64,000 bases of DNA from an uncultured Acidobacteriota bacterium. Lineage in GTDB: Bacteria; Acidobacteriota; Thermoanaerobaculia; Multivoradales; UBA5704. Every line of letters begins with the position of its first letter. Positions within the stretch are counted from its first letter, which is position 1. Position numbers and translations under genes: made by a program. The stretch lies in NCBI GenBank assembly GCA_963732005.1, contig CAVSXT010000003.1, positions 800,218 to 864,217 on the forward strand, written 5' to 3'. Below, piece after piece: positions 1-9,448 of the stretch. The notes under the pieces were generated by a model. The model saw nothing but the letters and a program-made list of their open reading frames with translations, was not told the origin of the DNA and ran no database searches.

Positions 1-2
1 CG

Positions 3-2141
3 GCCACGGCCGGCACCGCCTCCGAGTCGGCATGGTCGCTGGAGGGCCTGGCGGCATCGCTGCTCTACCTGGGAGAGCCGCAGCAGGCACGCCAGAGATA
101 CGAGGAGATGTTGAGCGCCTTCGAGGCGCTGCGCGATCCCCGAGGCCGCGCCTACGCGCTGCTCGGGATCGGCTCGACGTTCGAGGCCGAGCGGCAGTCC
201 TCCAGGTCGCTGGCGTATTTCCAGCAAGCCCTGGAGCTGGTCCGCGCCAGCGGCCTGCACGCCATCGAGGGGCTGGCACTGTACGACCTGGGCAGGGTCC
301 ACCGCGACGCGGGCCAGCCGGAGCAGGCGATCGCCGATCTCGAAGCGGCCTTCGCCCTCGAGGCGGCCGACAGTCCGGTGCGGCAAGCGCACACCCAGGT
401 CGAGCTGGCCAATGCCTACCGCCAGGCTGGCAAGAGGACCGCCGCCGAGTTGGCGTTCGGGCATGCCATCCGGCTTGCAGCCGCCGCGCCGCTGGTCGAG
501 GCGGCGGCGCAAGCGGGGCTGGCGCGCGTCCGGCGCGACGCCGGCGACCTCGCGGCGGCCCGGGTGGCGATCGCGCGGGCGCTGGCGCTCACCGAGACGT
601 TGCGGGCGGGGGTGATCCGCCCCGATCAGCGCGTCAGCTTCCTGGCGGCGCGCCGCGACTACTTCGAGCTGGACGTCGAGCTGCTGATCGACCTGGACCG
701 GATCGAGCCTGGTGCCGGGCATGACGCGGAGGCGCTGGCGGCCAGCGAGCAGGCCCGCGCCCGCGGTCTCCTCGACCTGCTCGCCAAGGAGCGGGTCGAC
801 GTGCGCCGTGGCGTCCCTGCCGAGCTGAAGCAGCGTGAGGCCGAGATCAGCGAGCGCATCGCGCGTTTGCAGGTCCGGCTGTGGTCGGGGAGCCAGGCGC
901 TGACGGAGAGCGAGGCCCGGCGCCTCGGCAACGATCTCGATCAGGCCACGGACGAGGAGAAGGACCTGGATGCCGAGATCCGCCGCCGCCAGCCGGCCTA
1001 TGCCGAGGTGCGCACGCCGCGGCCGCTGCCCCTGGCCGAGATCCAGGGGCTCCTCGACGAGGACACGGCGCTGCTCGAGTTCTTCGTCGGCGAAGCGAGC
1101 TCGCAGCTCTTCGTGGTGACGCGCCAGGGTCTGGCCATTCATACGCTGCCGTCGCGGCGCCAGGTCGACCCGCTGGTGCAGAGCGTGCTCGGCGCCATCG
1201 AACAGGACAGTCGCCTGCGCGCCCGCCGCTACGCCGAGGACGCCTACCGCCTCTACCAGACCTTGCTGCAGCCGGCCGCCGGCGAGCTGCGCGGCAAGCG
1301 GCGCTTGATCGTGGCGCCTGACGGGCCGCTGTACCTGCTGAGCTTCGAGGCGCTGCTGACCGGAGAGGTGCCGGGCGGCGGCGCGCCCGGCCGCGATCTG
1401 CCCTACCTCATCCGCGAGCGCTCGGTCTCCTACGTGCCTTCCGCCAGCGTGCTGGCCCAGCTGCTTGCCGGTCGGCGGCCGGACGCCGGCGCGGAGGCGC
1501 AGGCCGGCGGCAAGCTCTTCGTCGGCTTCGGCGATCCCGGGCAGCCTGCCGCCGGTCCGCAGCCTGGGCAGCCCCTGCCGCTGCCCGCGGCGCGCGAGGA
1601 GGTGAGCCGCATCGCCAGCCTGTTCCCCGCGGACCAGGCGGTCGTTTTCCTGGGACCCGAGGCGACCGAGGAAACGGTCAAGACCAGCGCGGCGGTGCGC
1701 TCGGCCCGCATCCTCCATTTCGCCTCCCACGGCCTGCTGGACGAGCGCCGTCCGGAGCTCTCCGGGTTGCGCCTGGCGCACGCCGGCGGCTCGGCGGGGG
1801 ATGGCCTGTTGCAGGTGCGCGAGATCTTCAACCTGGAGCTCCGCGCCGGCCTCGTGGTACTGTCAGCGTGTCAAACCGGGCTGGGCAAAGAGGTTTCCGG
1901 AGAGGGATTGATCGGGATGACGCGCGCGTTCCTGTACGCGGGCGCTTCGAGTCTCGTGGTCAGCCTCTGGCAGGTGGACGACGAGTCGACCGCCGACCTG
2001 ATGGTGAGTTTTTACCGTCAGCTCCGCTCGCTCGGCGACCGGTCCGAAGCTCTGCGCCGCGCCAAGCTCGAATTGATCGATCGGTCCCGCTATTTCCATC
2101 CTTACTTCTGGGCCCCTTTCATCCTGGTCGGACTGCCGTGA
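3..2141 (+). CDS. TPR-CHAT (caspase-like) protease, 5'-truncated by window edge
   Basis: Frame is open from position 3. TPR-like helical repeats, then CHAT motifs LIVAPDGPL, LHFASHG (His), VVLSACQTG (Cys), SLWQVDD and HPYFWAPF. Confidence 0.9.
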   Translation, partial: ATAGTASESAWSLEGLAASLLYLGEPQQARQRYEEMLSAFEALRDPRGRAYALLGIGSTFEAERQSSRSLAYFQQALELVRASGLHAIEGLALYDLGRVHRDAGQPEQAIADLEAAFALEAADSPVRQAHTQVELANAYRQAGKRTAAELAFGHAIRLAAAAPLVEAAAQAGLARVRRDAGDLAAARVAIARALALTETLRAGVIRPDQRVSFLAARRDYFELDVELLIDLDRIEPGAGHDAEALAASEQARARGLLDLLAKERVDVRRGVPAELKQREAEISERIARLQVRLWSGSQALTESEARRLGNDLDQATDEEKDLDAEIRRRQPAYAEVRTPRPLPLAEIQGLLDEDTALLEFFVGEASSQLFVVTRQGLAIHTLPSRRQVDPLVQSVLGAIEQDSRLRARRYAEDAYRLYQTLLQPAAGELRGKRRLIVAPDGPLYLLSFEALLTGEVPGGGAPGRDLPYLIRERSVSYVPSASVLAQLLAGRRPDAGAEAQAGGKLFVGFGDPGQPAAGPQPGQPLPLPAAREEVSRIASLFPADQAVVFLGPEATEETVKTSAAVRSARILHFASHGLLDERRPELSGLRLAHAGGSAGDGLLQVREIFNLELRAGLVVLSACQTGLGKEVSGEGLIGMTRAFLYAGASSLVVSLWQVDDESTADLMVSFYRQLRSLGDRSEALRRAKLELIDRSRYFHPYFWAPFILVGLP

Positions 2142-2245
2142 CGGACCAACGCCCCGGCAGTAACGCCGGTCGTCGTTCGCACGCCTGATGGAACATCTGA
2201 GCCGAGATACAACGGCAACTCTTCCACTCAAGGAGGGATGGGATC

Positions 2246-2452
2246 ATGGCCAATGGGGCGCCGCACAATGGCGGAGGGATCTGGCCGCCGCCGAGAAGAG
2301 GTCACATTCGCCGCATCGGAGCATTCCTGTTCACCGTCGCCGCCGCGATCGCGGCCTTCTACCAGCACGCGCCGGTGGCCGGCGGCCTGGCGACGGCCGC
2401 GGCGCTGTTGCAGCTGCCCGACGTCTTCCGCGGCCCGGAACGCCAGGCCTGA
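2246..2452 (+). CDS. small membrane protein (68 aa)
   Basis: AAGGAGG about 8 nt upstream of the ATG; two hydrophobic stretches (IGAFLFTVAAAIAAFY, VAGGLATAAALLQL). Confidence 0.55.
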   Translation: MANGAPHNGGGIWPPPRRGHIRRIGAFLFTVAAAIAAFYQHAPVAGGLATAAALLQLPDVFRGPERQA

Positions 2453-2495
2453 GCCCGGCGCCGCCGGCCGGCGCGGCAGCGATGCGGGGACCGGC

Positions 2496-3164
2496 ATGCT
2501 GGCGCTGAGTCATCGCGGCCATCACCTGAGCTGTCCCGAGAACACCCTGGCCGCCTTTGCCGCCGCGCGGGCGGCCGGGGCCGACGGCGTCGAGGTCGAC
2601 GTGCGGCGCAGCGCCGACGGCCGGGCGGTGCTGTTCCACGACCGCATCGCGCCCGGCGGCCGGCCGGTCGCCGAGCTGACCCGGGACGAGCTCGCGACCG
2701 CGGCCGGCTACCCGGTGCCGACCCTCGACGAAGCCCTGCGGCAAGGCGAGGGTCTGCTGTGGAACGTCGAGATCAAGACGCCGGCGGCGCTCGCCGCCGC
2801 GGGCGAGGCGATTGGCGATTTCGCCGCCAGCCGGACCATCCTGGTGAGCTCGTTCTGGCACGCTCTGGTGCCGCCGCTGGCGGCGCTGCCCGGCGTGGAG
2901 GGCGGCCTGATCCTCGCCAGCCGGCCGCTCGACGGCGACGGGCTGGCGGCGCTGGCCCCGCCGGCGGCCGCGCGCGTGCGAACCGTGGTCTGGTACTACG
3001 AGATCTTCGACGAGGAGCTGCTGGCGCGGTCGGCGGCGATGGGCCTGCGCAGCTGGGTCTTCGGCGTGGTCACCGCGGCGGAGCATCGCCGCTGCCGCGA
3101 GCTGGCGGCGGCGGGCCTGGCGGCGGTGATCACCGATCGGGTGGATCTGCTGGCGGCGCCGTGA
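2496..3164 (+). CDS. glycerophosphodiester phosphodiesterase (GDPD family)
   Basis: SHRG...PENTLAAF, GVEVDV, LFHD, NVEIK and ITD motifs; start moved to internal ATG 2496. Confidence 0.88.
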   Translation: MLALSHRGHHLSCPENTLAAFAAARAAGADGVEVDVRRSADGRAVLFHDRIAPGGRPVAELTRDELATAAGYPVPTLDEALRQGEGLLWNVEIKTPAALAAAGEAIGDFAASRTILVSSFWHALVPPLAALPGVEGGLILASRPLDGDGLAALAPPAAARVRTVVWYYEIFDEELLARSAAMGLRSWVFGVVTAAEHRRCRELAAAGLAAVITDRVDLLAAP

Positions 3165-4065
3165 CCGCCGGAGCAGGCGCCGGCGCCGGCCTGGGGTCGC
3201 CGTCCTCCTCGATCGCGGCGGTCCAGAGCGCGACGTCGCCGGGGCTCATGACGCCGGTGGGCGGCAGCCGCGCATCGAGATAGCCTCGCGTTTCGAGGTC
3301 GAACAGGTACTGGGCGCGCGACAGCACGGTGCCGCGGCAAAGGTTCCCGGCGGGCGCCTGGGCCGCCGCGCCGTCGATCTTCGGGACCTCCCGCGACAGC
3401 CGGCCGACGAGCTGCTCCATCACCGCCTTTGGGATGCGCGCCGCGTCCGCCGGATAGATGTAGCCGAACAGCGCCAGGTGGCTGAACAGGATGCGCCAGT
3501 GCTCCGCGAAGCGGTCGAGCAGCCGCTGCCAGTCGAGCGTTTCCGCACGGTTGTGCAGCAGATGGGCGACGTCGGCGCCGTCGAACCGCTCGCGCTCCAT
3601 GATGAAGGACTTCGACCAGAGCATCTCCTCCGGCGGACACAACCGCACCGGCACCCCGATCACCTCGCCCGCAACGGCGTGGCGGAACCACTGCTCGTCA
3701 ACCGGCGTGAGGCCGTTGCCGGAGCCGAAGATCAGGTCCACGAAGCTGCCGTCGTCGCCGTGCGCCTTGCCCAGCCAGTGCGGGAACTTGCGCTCGACCG
3801 GATAGCCGGCAGCGGCCAGGGCCGCCAGCGCGCCGTCGAGATCGGCGGGCAGGATGAAGAGGTCGAAATCCTTGGTGTCGCGAACGATGCCGGTGTAGTG
3901 GGCGAAGGCGTAGGCGCCCCCGACCAGGAAGGGGACGCCGGCCTGGTCGAGCGCCGCCATGGCGTGGCGGTAGAAAGCGAGGGCCGGCGCGGCAGGCGGC
4001 GGCGGCTTGGCTGCGCCGGTGCTCGCGGTTGGGGTGGACGGGGTGGTCGGATCGGTCAAGGGCAT
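3130..4065 (-). CDS. nucleotidyltransferase (Pol-beta superfamily, uncharacterised)
   Basis: FLVGGAYA...RDTKDFDLF (hG[GS]...DxD) motif, third acid in FVDLIFG; start at MPLTD. Confidence 0.8.
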   Translation of the reverse strand: MPLTDPTTPSTPTASTGAAKPPPPAAPALAFYRHAMAALDQAGVPFLVGGAYAFAHYTGIVRDTKDFDLFILPADLDGALAALAAAGYPVERKFPHWLGKAHGDDGSFVDLIFGSGNGLTPVDEQWFRHAVAGEVIGVPVRLCPPEEMLWSKSFIMERERFDGADVAHLLHNRAETLDWQRLLDRFAEHWRILFSHLALFGYIYPADAARIPKAVMEQLVGRLSREVPKIDGAAAQAPAGNLCRGTVLSRAQYLFDLETRGYLDARLPPTGVMSPGDVALWTAAIEEDGDPRPAPAPAPAVTAPPADPPDR

Positions 4066-4121
4066 CTGGTCCTCGGCTCGTGGCCGACTAGGGGCGGCTT
4101 GGGCGGCTAGGATTAAACAGC

Positions 4122-4137
4122 AGCAAGAGATGTACCA
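4122..4137 (-). promoter_or_regulatory. sigma54 -24/-12 promoter for the nucleotidyltransferase
   Basis: Minus strand reads TGGTACATCTCTTGCT: GG-N10-GC with TTGC, about 55 nt upstream of ATG 4065. Confidence 0.65.
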
Positions 4138-4152
4138 GCCAGCCGGCGGGAA

Positions 4153-4168
4153 TGGCACGCCGCTTGCC
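4153..4168 (+). promoter_or_regulatory. sigma54 -24/-12 promoter for the metallophosphoesterase
   Basis: TGGCACGCCGCTTGCC matches the consensus TGGCACG-N4-TTGC. Confidence 0.75.
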
Positions 4169-4214
4169 TTGAACTTAGCTGGAATCGGCGACGGAGGGCG
4201 ACCGAGCACCATGG

Positions 4215-5024
4215 ATGAGCACGACGCACGGAGGCAGCTCCTTGGACAAGCCGCCTGAAAACGGGAGCGTGCGCATTGCCGCTCTCGCCGACCTGCACTT
4301 TGGCCGGGTCGCGGAGCCGCTGTTGCGCCAGACCCTGATCCAGGCCAGCCGCGAGAGCGACGTGATGCTGCTGTGCGGCGACCTCACCGATCATGGACTG
4401 CCGGAGGAGGCGCACGGCCTGACGCGCGAGCTGCGGCAGGTCGTCGGGGTGCCGATCGTGGCGGTGCTGGGCAACCATGACTTCGAGTCCGGCAGAGCCA
4501 CCGAGGTGCGCGAGATCCTCGTCGCCGGCGGGGTGAACATGCTGGATGGCGAGGCCTGCGAGATCGAGGGAGTGGGTTTTGCCGGGATCAAGGGCTTCGC
4601 CGGTGGCTTCGGCAAGCGCGCCCTGGGGTCGTGGGGCGAGGAGATCATCAAGCAGTTCGTGCACGAGGCGGTGGGCGAGGCGCTGAAGCTCGAGGCGGCG
4701 CTGGCGCGGCTGCGGCATGGGCCGCGCATCGCGGTGCTGCACTACTCGCCGATCCAGGAGACCGTCGAGGGCGAGCCGCGCGAGATCTTTCCTTTTCTGG
4801 GCTCCAGCCGGCTGGAAGAGCCGCTCGCCCGCTATCCGGTGGACATGGTCTTCCACGGCCATGCCCATCGCGGCCAGCCACAGGGCAAGACCGCCGGCGG
4901 CGTGCCGGTTTACAACGTCAGCTTCTCGCTGCTGCAACGGGCCTTCCCCGGGCGGCCGCCCTTTCGCCTGCTGACGGTGAGCGCGCCGGCCGGCGGCGCC
5001 CCGGGCGCGCCGCGGTCGCTGTAG
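4215..5024 (+). CDS. calcineurin-like metallophosphoesterase (Icc-like)
   Basis: ADLH, CGDLT, LGNHD, LHY and HGHAH motifs. Confidence 0.9.
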   Translation: MSTTHGGSSLDKPPENGSVRIAALADLHFGRVAEPLLRQTLIQASRESDVMLLCGDLTDHGLPEEAHGLTRELRQVVGVPIVAVLGNHDFESGRATEVREILVAGGVNMLDGEACEIEGVGFAGIKGFAGGFGKRALGSWGEEIIKQFVHEAVGEALKLEAALARLRHGPRIAVLHYSPIQETVEGEPREIFPFLGSSRLEEPLARYPVDMVFHGHAHRGQPQGKTAGGVPVYNVSFSLLQRAFPGRPPFRLLTVSAPAGGAPGAPRSL

Positions 5025-5059
5025 TAAACTCCGATGCCCGGCAGCGGGGCACCCAGGCG

Positions 5060-5962
5060 ATGGAGAGCAGCGAAGGCTTCGTTTTCGTACGGCGCGGGTT
5101 GCACCTCTACTACCGGATCCTCGGCGACGGTCCGGAGACGGTGGTGGTACCCAATGCCAACTGGCTGGCCGAGGCCCTGCTGCCGCTGGCCGAGGGGCGC
5201 CGGCTCATCCTCTACGACCCGCGCAGCCGCGGCCGTTCGAGCACCGTCACCGACCGCCGGCACCTCGGCCTCGAGCAGGACGTTCGCGACCTCGAGGCGG
5301 TCCGCCGCTACTTCGGCCTCGACCGCTGGTCGCTGCTCGGCACCTCCTACCACGCCGCGATCACCGCGCTGCACGCCATGGAGAGTCCCGAGCGGGTCGA
5401 ACGCATGCTGCTGGTCTGCCCGATCACTCCCCGGCAGCCCGGCGAATGGGTCCAGGAAACCCCCACGCCGGAGGTGCTGATCTATCCGCCGGGCGTGCCG
5501 CGCCTCGAAGAGATGCGGCGCGACGGCCTCGACCGGGAGGACCCGGTGGCGTTCTGTCGCGCCTGGTTCACCTACTTCCTGCTGCCCGCCTTCATGGGCG
5601 ATCCGGAAGCGGCGGCGCGCTTTCCGCTCGACGACGTCTGCGGCTTTCCGAACGAATGGCCGGCCCACACCATGACGCTCTATTTCGACCACATCGTGCC
5701 GAAGATGAAGGCCTGGGACTTCCGCCCGCGCCTCGGGGCGCTGCACTTCCCGCTGCTGGTGGTGCAGGGCACCGACGACCTGGTGCCGATCGAGGCATCG
5801 CGCGACTGGGCTTCGCACAGCGGCAACGCGCGCTTCCTGCGCATCGAGGGGGCCGGCCACCATCCCTACCTCGAGCGCCCGGAAGAGTTCTTCCGGGCCG
5901 CCACCGTCTTTCTCGGCGGCGCCTGGCCCCACGACGCCGAGGTGGTCCGGCAGGCTGCGTAG
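5060..5962 (+). CDS. alpha/beta hydrolase (proline iminopeptidase-like)
   Basis: YDPRSRGRS, nucleophile elbow GTSYH, QGTDDLVP and GAGHHP. Confidence 0.8.
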   Translation: MESSEGFVFVRRGLHLYYRILGDGPETVVVPNANWLAEALLPLAEGRRLILYDPRSRGRSSTVTDRRHLGLEQDVRDLEAVRRYFGLDRWSLLGTSYHAAITALHAMESPERVERMLLVCPITPRQPGEWVQETPTPEVLIYPPGVPRLEEMRRDGLDREDPVAFCRAWFTYFLLPAFMGDPEAAARFPLDDVCGFPNEWPAHTMTLYFDHIVPKMKAWDFRPRLGALHFPLLVVQGTDDLVPIEASRDWASHSGNARFLRIEGAGHHPYLERPEEFFRAATVFLGGAWPHDAEVVRQAA

Positions 5963-5993
5963 GGGATCCACCGCGTAAGCGGCCGGCCTTCTC

Positions 5994-6845
5994 CTAGCTC
6001 TCGCCGGCGTCGCCGGAAGGATCGGCGCCCGCCGCCGGCGGCACGCGCTGCCGGCGCAACAACTGCCGCAGGCGCCGCCAGGCGTTTTGAACCCCGGCGC
6101 CGGCGGTCGTGCCGGCCGGCGCCATCACCTCGAAGCGCGACTCGTCGCGCGCCAGCGCCTCGGCGGCAAGCTCGTCCTGCGCGGTTTCCAGGCGGGAGGC
6201 GAGTACCTCGGCCCAGTCGTGGGCACGCATGCCTGCCTCCTCGACCGCCAGCTCCTCGCCGAAGCGCGCCAGCGCCTCGGGCAGCGGCGCGGACCAGAAC
6301 GGATACTCGAGCGCCAGCGGCAGCAGCACGGCATGGCGCAGGCGGGCAGCCAGATGCCCCAGCCCGGCCTGCGCCTTCACCGGCCGCTCGCGGGGATCGG
6401 CGAGCGCGCCGCCGGCGGTGAGCCAGAGGACGGCGTCGGGTTGCTCGAGCACCTGCGTGGCGAGCTCGAGGAACTGCCGGGCGCCGCGGGCGCTCTCGGG
6501 GTCCACGGCGAAGAACCCGAGGCGGGCGAAAAAGCCCTGACGCCTGAGCGCCGAGGCCGCGATCGGCGCATAGTGGCGCCGGCCCGGCAGCAGCTGGCGG
6601 GCGACCTGCAAGCACACCAGCGGGTCCCACCAGGAGACGTGATTGAGGTAGACGACGAGCGGGCGCTCGCGAGCGGCGGTCAGGTCCGGGCGCTGGGCGC
6701 GCGACAGGCGCACGGCCTGAAACTGGCGCGCGAGGCGGCGCTCGCCTTCGCGCCGGAGGGCCGAGGTGACCAGCGGCGTGATCCGTGCCGGCGAAGGCCG
6801 AGGCTTGGGGGGAGGCGTCGAAGCGCTCGGCGGGCTCATGGGCAT
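5994..6845 (-). CDS. lysophospholipid/glycerol acyltransferase (PlsC-like)
   Basis: NHVSWWD (HX4D) motif, LGFFAVD and LPLALEY. Confidence 0.8.
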   Translation of the reverse strand: MPMSPPSASTPPPKPRPSPARITPLVTSALRREGERRLARQFQAVRLSRAQRPDLTAARERPLVVYLNHVSWWDPLVCLQVARQLLPGRRHYAPIAASALRRQGFFARLGFFAVDPESARGARQFLELATQVLEQPDAVLWLTAGGALADPRERPVKAQAGLGHLAARLRHAVLLPLALEYPFWSAPLPEALARFGEELAVEEAGMRAHDWAEVLASRLETAQDELAAEALARDESRFEVMAPAGTTAGAGVQNAWRRLRQLLRRQRVPPAAGADPSGDAGES

Positions 6846-7100
6846 GTGGTCCTCCGGTCAGTGGGCCCCTGCCGAAAGGGTGCCAACTCTACCAGCGTCC
6901 CGGCCCCCGCCGGCTGGCATCGCAGCCCACCCGGGCTCCGGTGCTGATTCGTCGCCCTCGCGGGCGCGACCTGCACCGGCTGATCCGGGATTGAGGATAA
7001 GTTGTCGGAGCGGGCCTTTCACCCTTCGCCCCACTTTCCCGAAACGAGAACAAGGCGCCGTGATCGGCAATGTTCTTTCAGCGTAAACATTTGACGGTCA

Positions 7101-7676
7101 ATGAGTTATGGCTTGCAACCGCGCCCCGACCGCGAGTATGTTGCGGGAGTGGACATGTTCGACTGCGTGGGCGAGACGCTCCGCCGGTTGCGCAAGGAGC
7201 GCCATCTGACGCTCGAAGACCTCGGCGCGCAGGCGGAGCTCGGGCGCGGCCAGCTGTCGCGGATCGAGAACGGCCGCCAGCACGCCACGCTCAAGACGCT
7301 GGCCAAGATCCTCACCTCCCAGGGAGTCAGCCGCCGCGAGTTCTTCCGGCGCTATGACCTGGTGGAGTCCGAGAAGATCCAGGTCGAGCGCACCAGCCTG
7401 CCGGAATCCGGCACCTATCCGATCGGAGCCAGCGCCGCCGCCCTGCCGGGCGAGATCAAGGAGGTGCTGGGCAAGGTCGAGTCCTTCATGCAGAGCACCT
7501 TGCGTCACGCCCACCCGGTGGCCCAAGGCGCCATCGAAGTCGGAGAGTTCGTGGTGCTTTTCCGCGTGGTGCCACGAGGCGCCGCCGGCGCCGATCTCGC
7601 CGACGGCGGGCCGCCGCCAGCCTCGCCGCCTGCTCCTGCCGCAGCCGCCAAGCGCTCCCGCCGCAAGCAGCGCTGA
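7101..7676 (+). CDS. XRE-family HTH transcriptional regulator
   Basis: GETLRRLRKERHLTLEDLG...QLSRIENG...TLKTLAKI; alternative start ATG 7155. Confidence 0.82.
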   Translation: MSYGLQPRPDREYVAGVDMFDCVGETLRRLRKERHLTLEDLGAQAELGRGQLSRIENGRQHATLKTLAKILTSQGVSRREFFRRYDLVESEKIQVERTSLPESGTYPIGASAAALPGEIKEVLGKVESFMQSTLRHAHPVAQGAIEVGEFVVLFRVVPRGAAGADLADGGPPPASPPAPAAAAKRSRRKQR

Positions 7677-7883
7677 GCCGTTCCGGCGCGCGCTGACCGG
7701 AGCCCATCTTGCCGTCTCGATGCGGCGACGCTTGGGCGTCGGCTGCCCCCTGCTGCCACCCGTCGGCGCCCCTCGCGGCGAGTCGGGCCAGCGTGCCTGA
7801 GACCAGAAATAGGGGCGCTGACCGGCACGGCGACCCCGTCGCCGCGACCGGTGCGGACCGTTCGGCGAGAAAAAAGGTGCCGT

Positions 7884-7907
7884 GACAACAAAAGACATTT
7901 TTTTGTC
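7884..7907. promoter_or_regulatory. AT-rich imperfect inverted repeat, candidate operator
   Basis: GACAACAAAA-gaca-TTTTTTTGTC (9/10 arms) in an AT-rich spacer between two XRE genes. Confidence 0.4.
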
Positions 7908-8047
7908 CTGATTATCCAAGAGCTGCGTATTTGGTGGTCGAAAGGGAGAACCACATGATCCGATCTGGCTAATGCTTGGCGTCTAAATATATCATTATCA
8001 GTCACTTACGCTTGCACGCGGTATGTTCCTCCCGCTACATTTCTCCT

Positions 8048-8596
8048 ATGGGCATGTTTGCCAACCTGGGTATGGCCCTGAGCCTCCTGCGCGAGCTCAG
8101 GGGCAAGAGTCAGAGCCGCGTGGCGCGCGAGGCCCGGATTGGCAAGAGTCAGCTGTCGAAATACGAAAATGGCAAGGAGCTACCCAAGCTCGACTCCCTC
8201 GAGAAGATCCTGCGAGTGCTGAAGGTCGACATGTTCGAGTTTTTCTACACCCTCTACCTGGTGGATGGCCGCGCCGCGGCGCTGGCTGCCAGTTCGGCAC
8301 CTGCAACGATGGCCGGCGACGCTGCCCCGGCCACCGCCGATGGCGCCGCCGCCGGTGAGCGCCTGCCGGGCACCGAGCCGGATCGGCCAGGCGCCGATGT
8401 GGCCGCCGGCGCGGGTGTCGCCGGTGCGGCCGGACCGCTCTACCTGCCGCCGCTGCCGCATCAGCACCCCCTTCTGGCCGAGGCCACCGATCAGGCCTTC
8501 TCCCGCGTCTTCACCGATCTGCTGCTGCTCTACCGCCGGGTCTTCGAGCAGGTGGTGCTGGCGGACACCGGTCGATCCGGCGACCTCAAGGCCTGA
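8048..8596 (+). CDS. XRE-family HTH transcriptional regulator
   Basis: LGMALSLLRELRGKSQSRVAREARIGKSQLSKYENGKELPKLDSLEKIL. Confidence 0.85.
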   Translation: MGMFANLGMALSLLRELRGKSQSRVAREARIGKSQLSKYENGKELPKLDSLEKILRVLKVDMFEFFYTLYLVDGRAAALAASSAPATMAGDAAPATADGAAAGERLPGTEPDRPGADVAAGAGVAGAAGPLYLPPLPHQHPLLAEATDQAFSRVFTDLLLLYRRVFEQVVLADTGRSGDLKA

Positions 8597-8654
8597 TCGC
8601 CGCCCGCCGGCGCGTCGGCTGGCGGTGTTGGCGCCATCCACCGCCGTCTGGCGA

Positions 8655-9374
8655 CTAACCGTCCACTCCCTCTTCACCCGCCAGGCGGACCCGCAGCTCC
8701 TGCCAGCGTGCGGCGGCGAGCTCCCCGCCGAGGTCGGCGTCGCCCCGGTAGGTGCGCAGCGGGATGCGGCGGCAGGGGACCCTGAAAGTCGTGGCGCCGG
8801 CGAGCGGCAGCGGCGCCAGCCGCACCGTTCCGCCGGCGTCGCCCCGTCCGTGCCCGCCGGGCAGGGCGAAGTCTCCGGTCCAGCCGGCGCAGGCCGCGAG
8901 CGAGATCGTGTCGGCCGCGTTGAGCAGGCGGTAGTCGGCCGCCAGCGTGCGGCCGGCGACGCGCAGGTCCAGCCGCAGCCGCCGCTCGCGCGTCGCCAGC
9001 CGGCCGAGGACCTCACGCCACTCGGGATCGTGCCGGCGGTCGCGGTGCAGCTCGCGGGCATGGCGGAAGATCAGCAACGCGGCATAGGGGCGCCGTTCTA
9101 GGAACCGTCGGGTGCCACGCTCCCAGATCTCGATGCGCTGCTCGGCCGGCATGCCGATGAAGTCCACCGGCCGGCCGGCGGCATCGCATCGCGGCGCCGC
9201 GTCGGCCTCCCGCCAGCCGTTGTCGTGCTCGCGGCCGGCGAAGATCACCTCGCCGCGCCGCGGGCTGCCGGCCAGCCCGTCGGCGCGCCAGAGCGACAGG
9301 ATCTCGCCGGCCAGGTGGGCGTGATCGGGCTGGGTCACCAGCCGGTAGGCGCCCTCCTCGACGGTGACGATCAC
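8655..9374 (-). CDS. DUF3891 family protein (HD-like)
   Basis: LVTQPDHAHLAG...W and EHDNGW...D motifs typical of DUF3891. Confidence 0.75.
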   Translation of the reverse strand: MIVTVEEGAYRLVTQPDHAHLAGEILSLWRADGLAGSPRRGEVIFAGREHDNGWREADAAPRCDAAGRPVDFIGMPAEQRIEIWERGTRRFLERRPYAALLIFRHARELHRDRRHDPEWREVLGRLATRERRLRLDLRVAGRTLAADYRLLNAADTISLAACAGWTGDFALPGGHGRGDAGGTVRLAPLPLAGATTFRVPCRRIPLRTYRGDADLGGELAAARWQELRVRLAGEEGVDG

Positions 9375-9448
9375 CGACGCAGTCTAGTGTCCCGCGGTGG
9401 CATGGCGAATGAGCCGCGATGAGCCGTGCGGGACATCCGTCCTCATTT

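Noticed and set aside
3130-5024. CBASS-type defence system (CD-NTase plus effector)
   Set aside because: The NTase lacks recognisable CD-NTase architecture, the genes are divergent, codon bias is host-like, and no Cap effector or Cap2/Cap3 is adjacent.
7101-8596. Prophage immunity region
   Set aside because: The genes are co-oriented rather than divergent cI/cro, and no integrase or phage structural genes are nearby.
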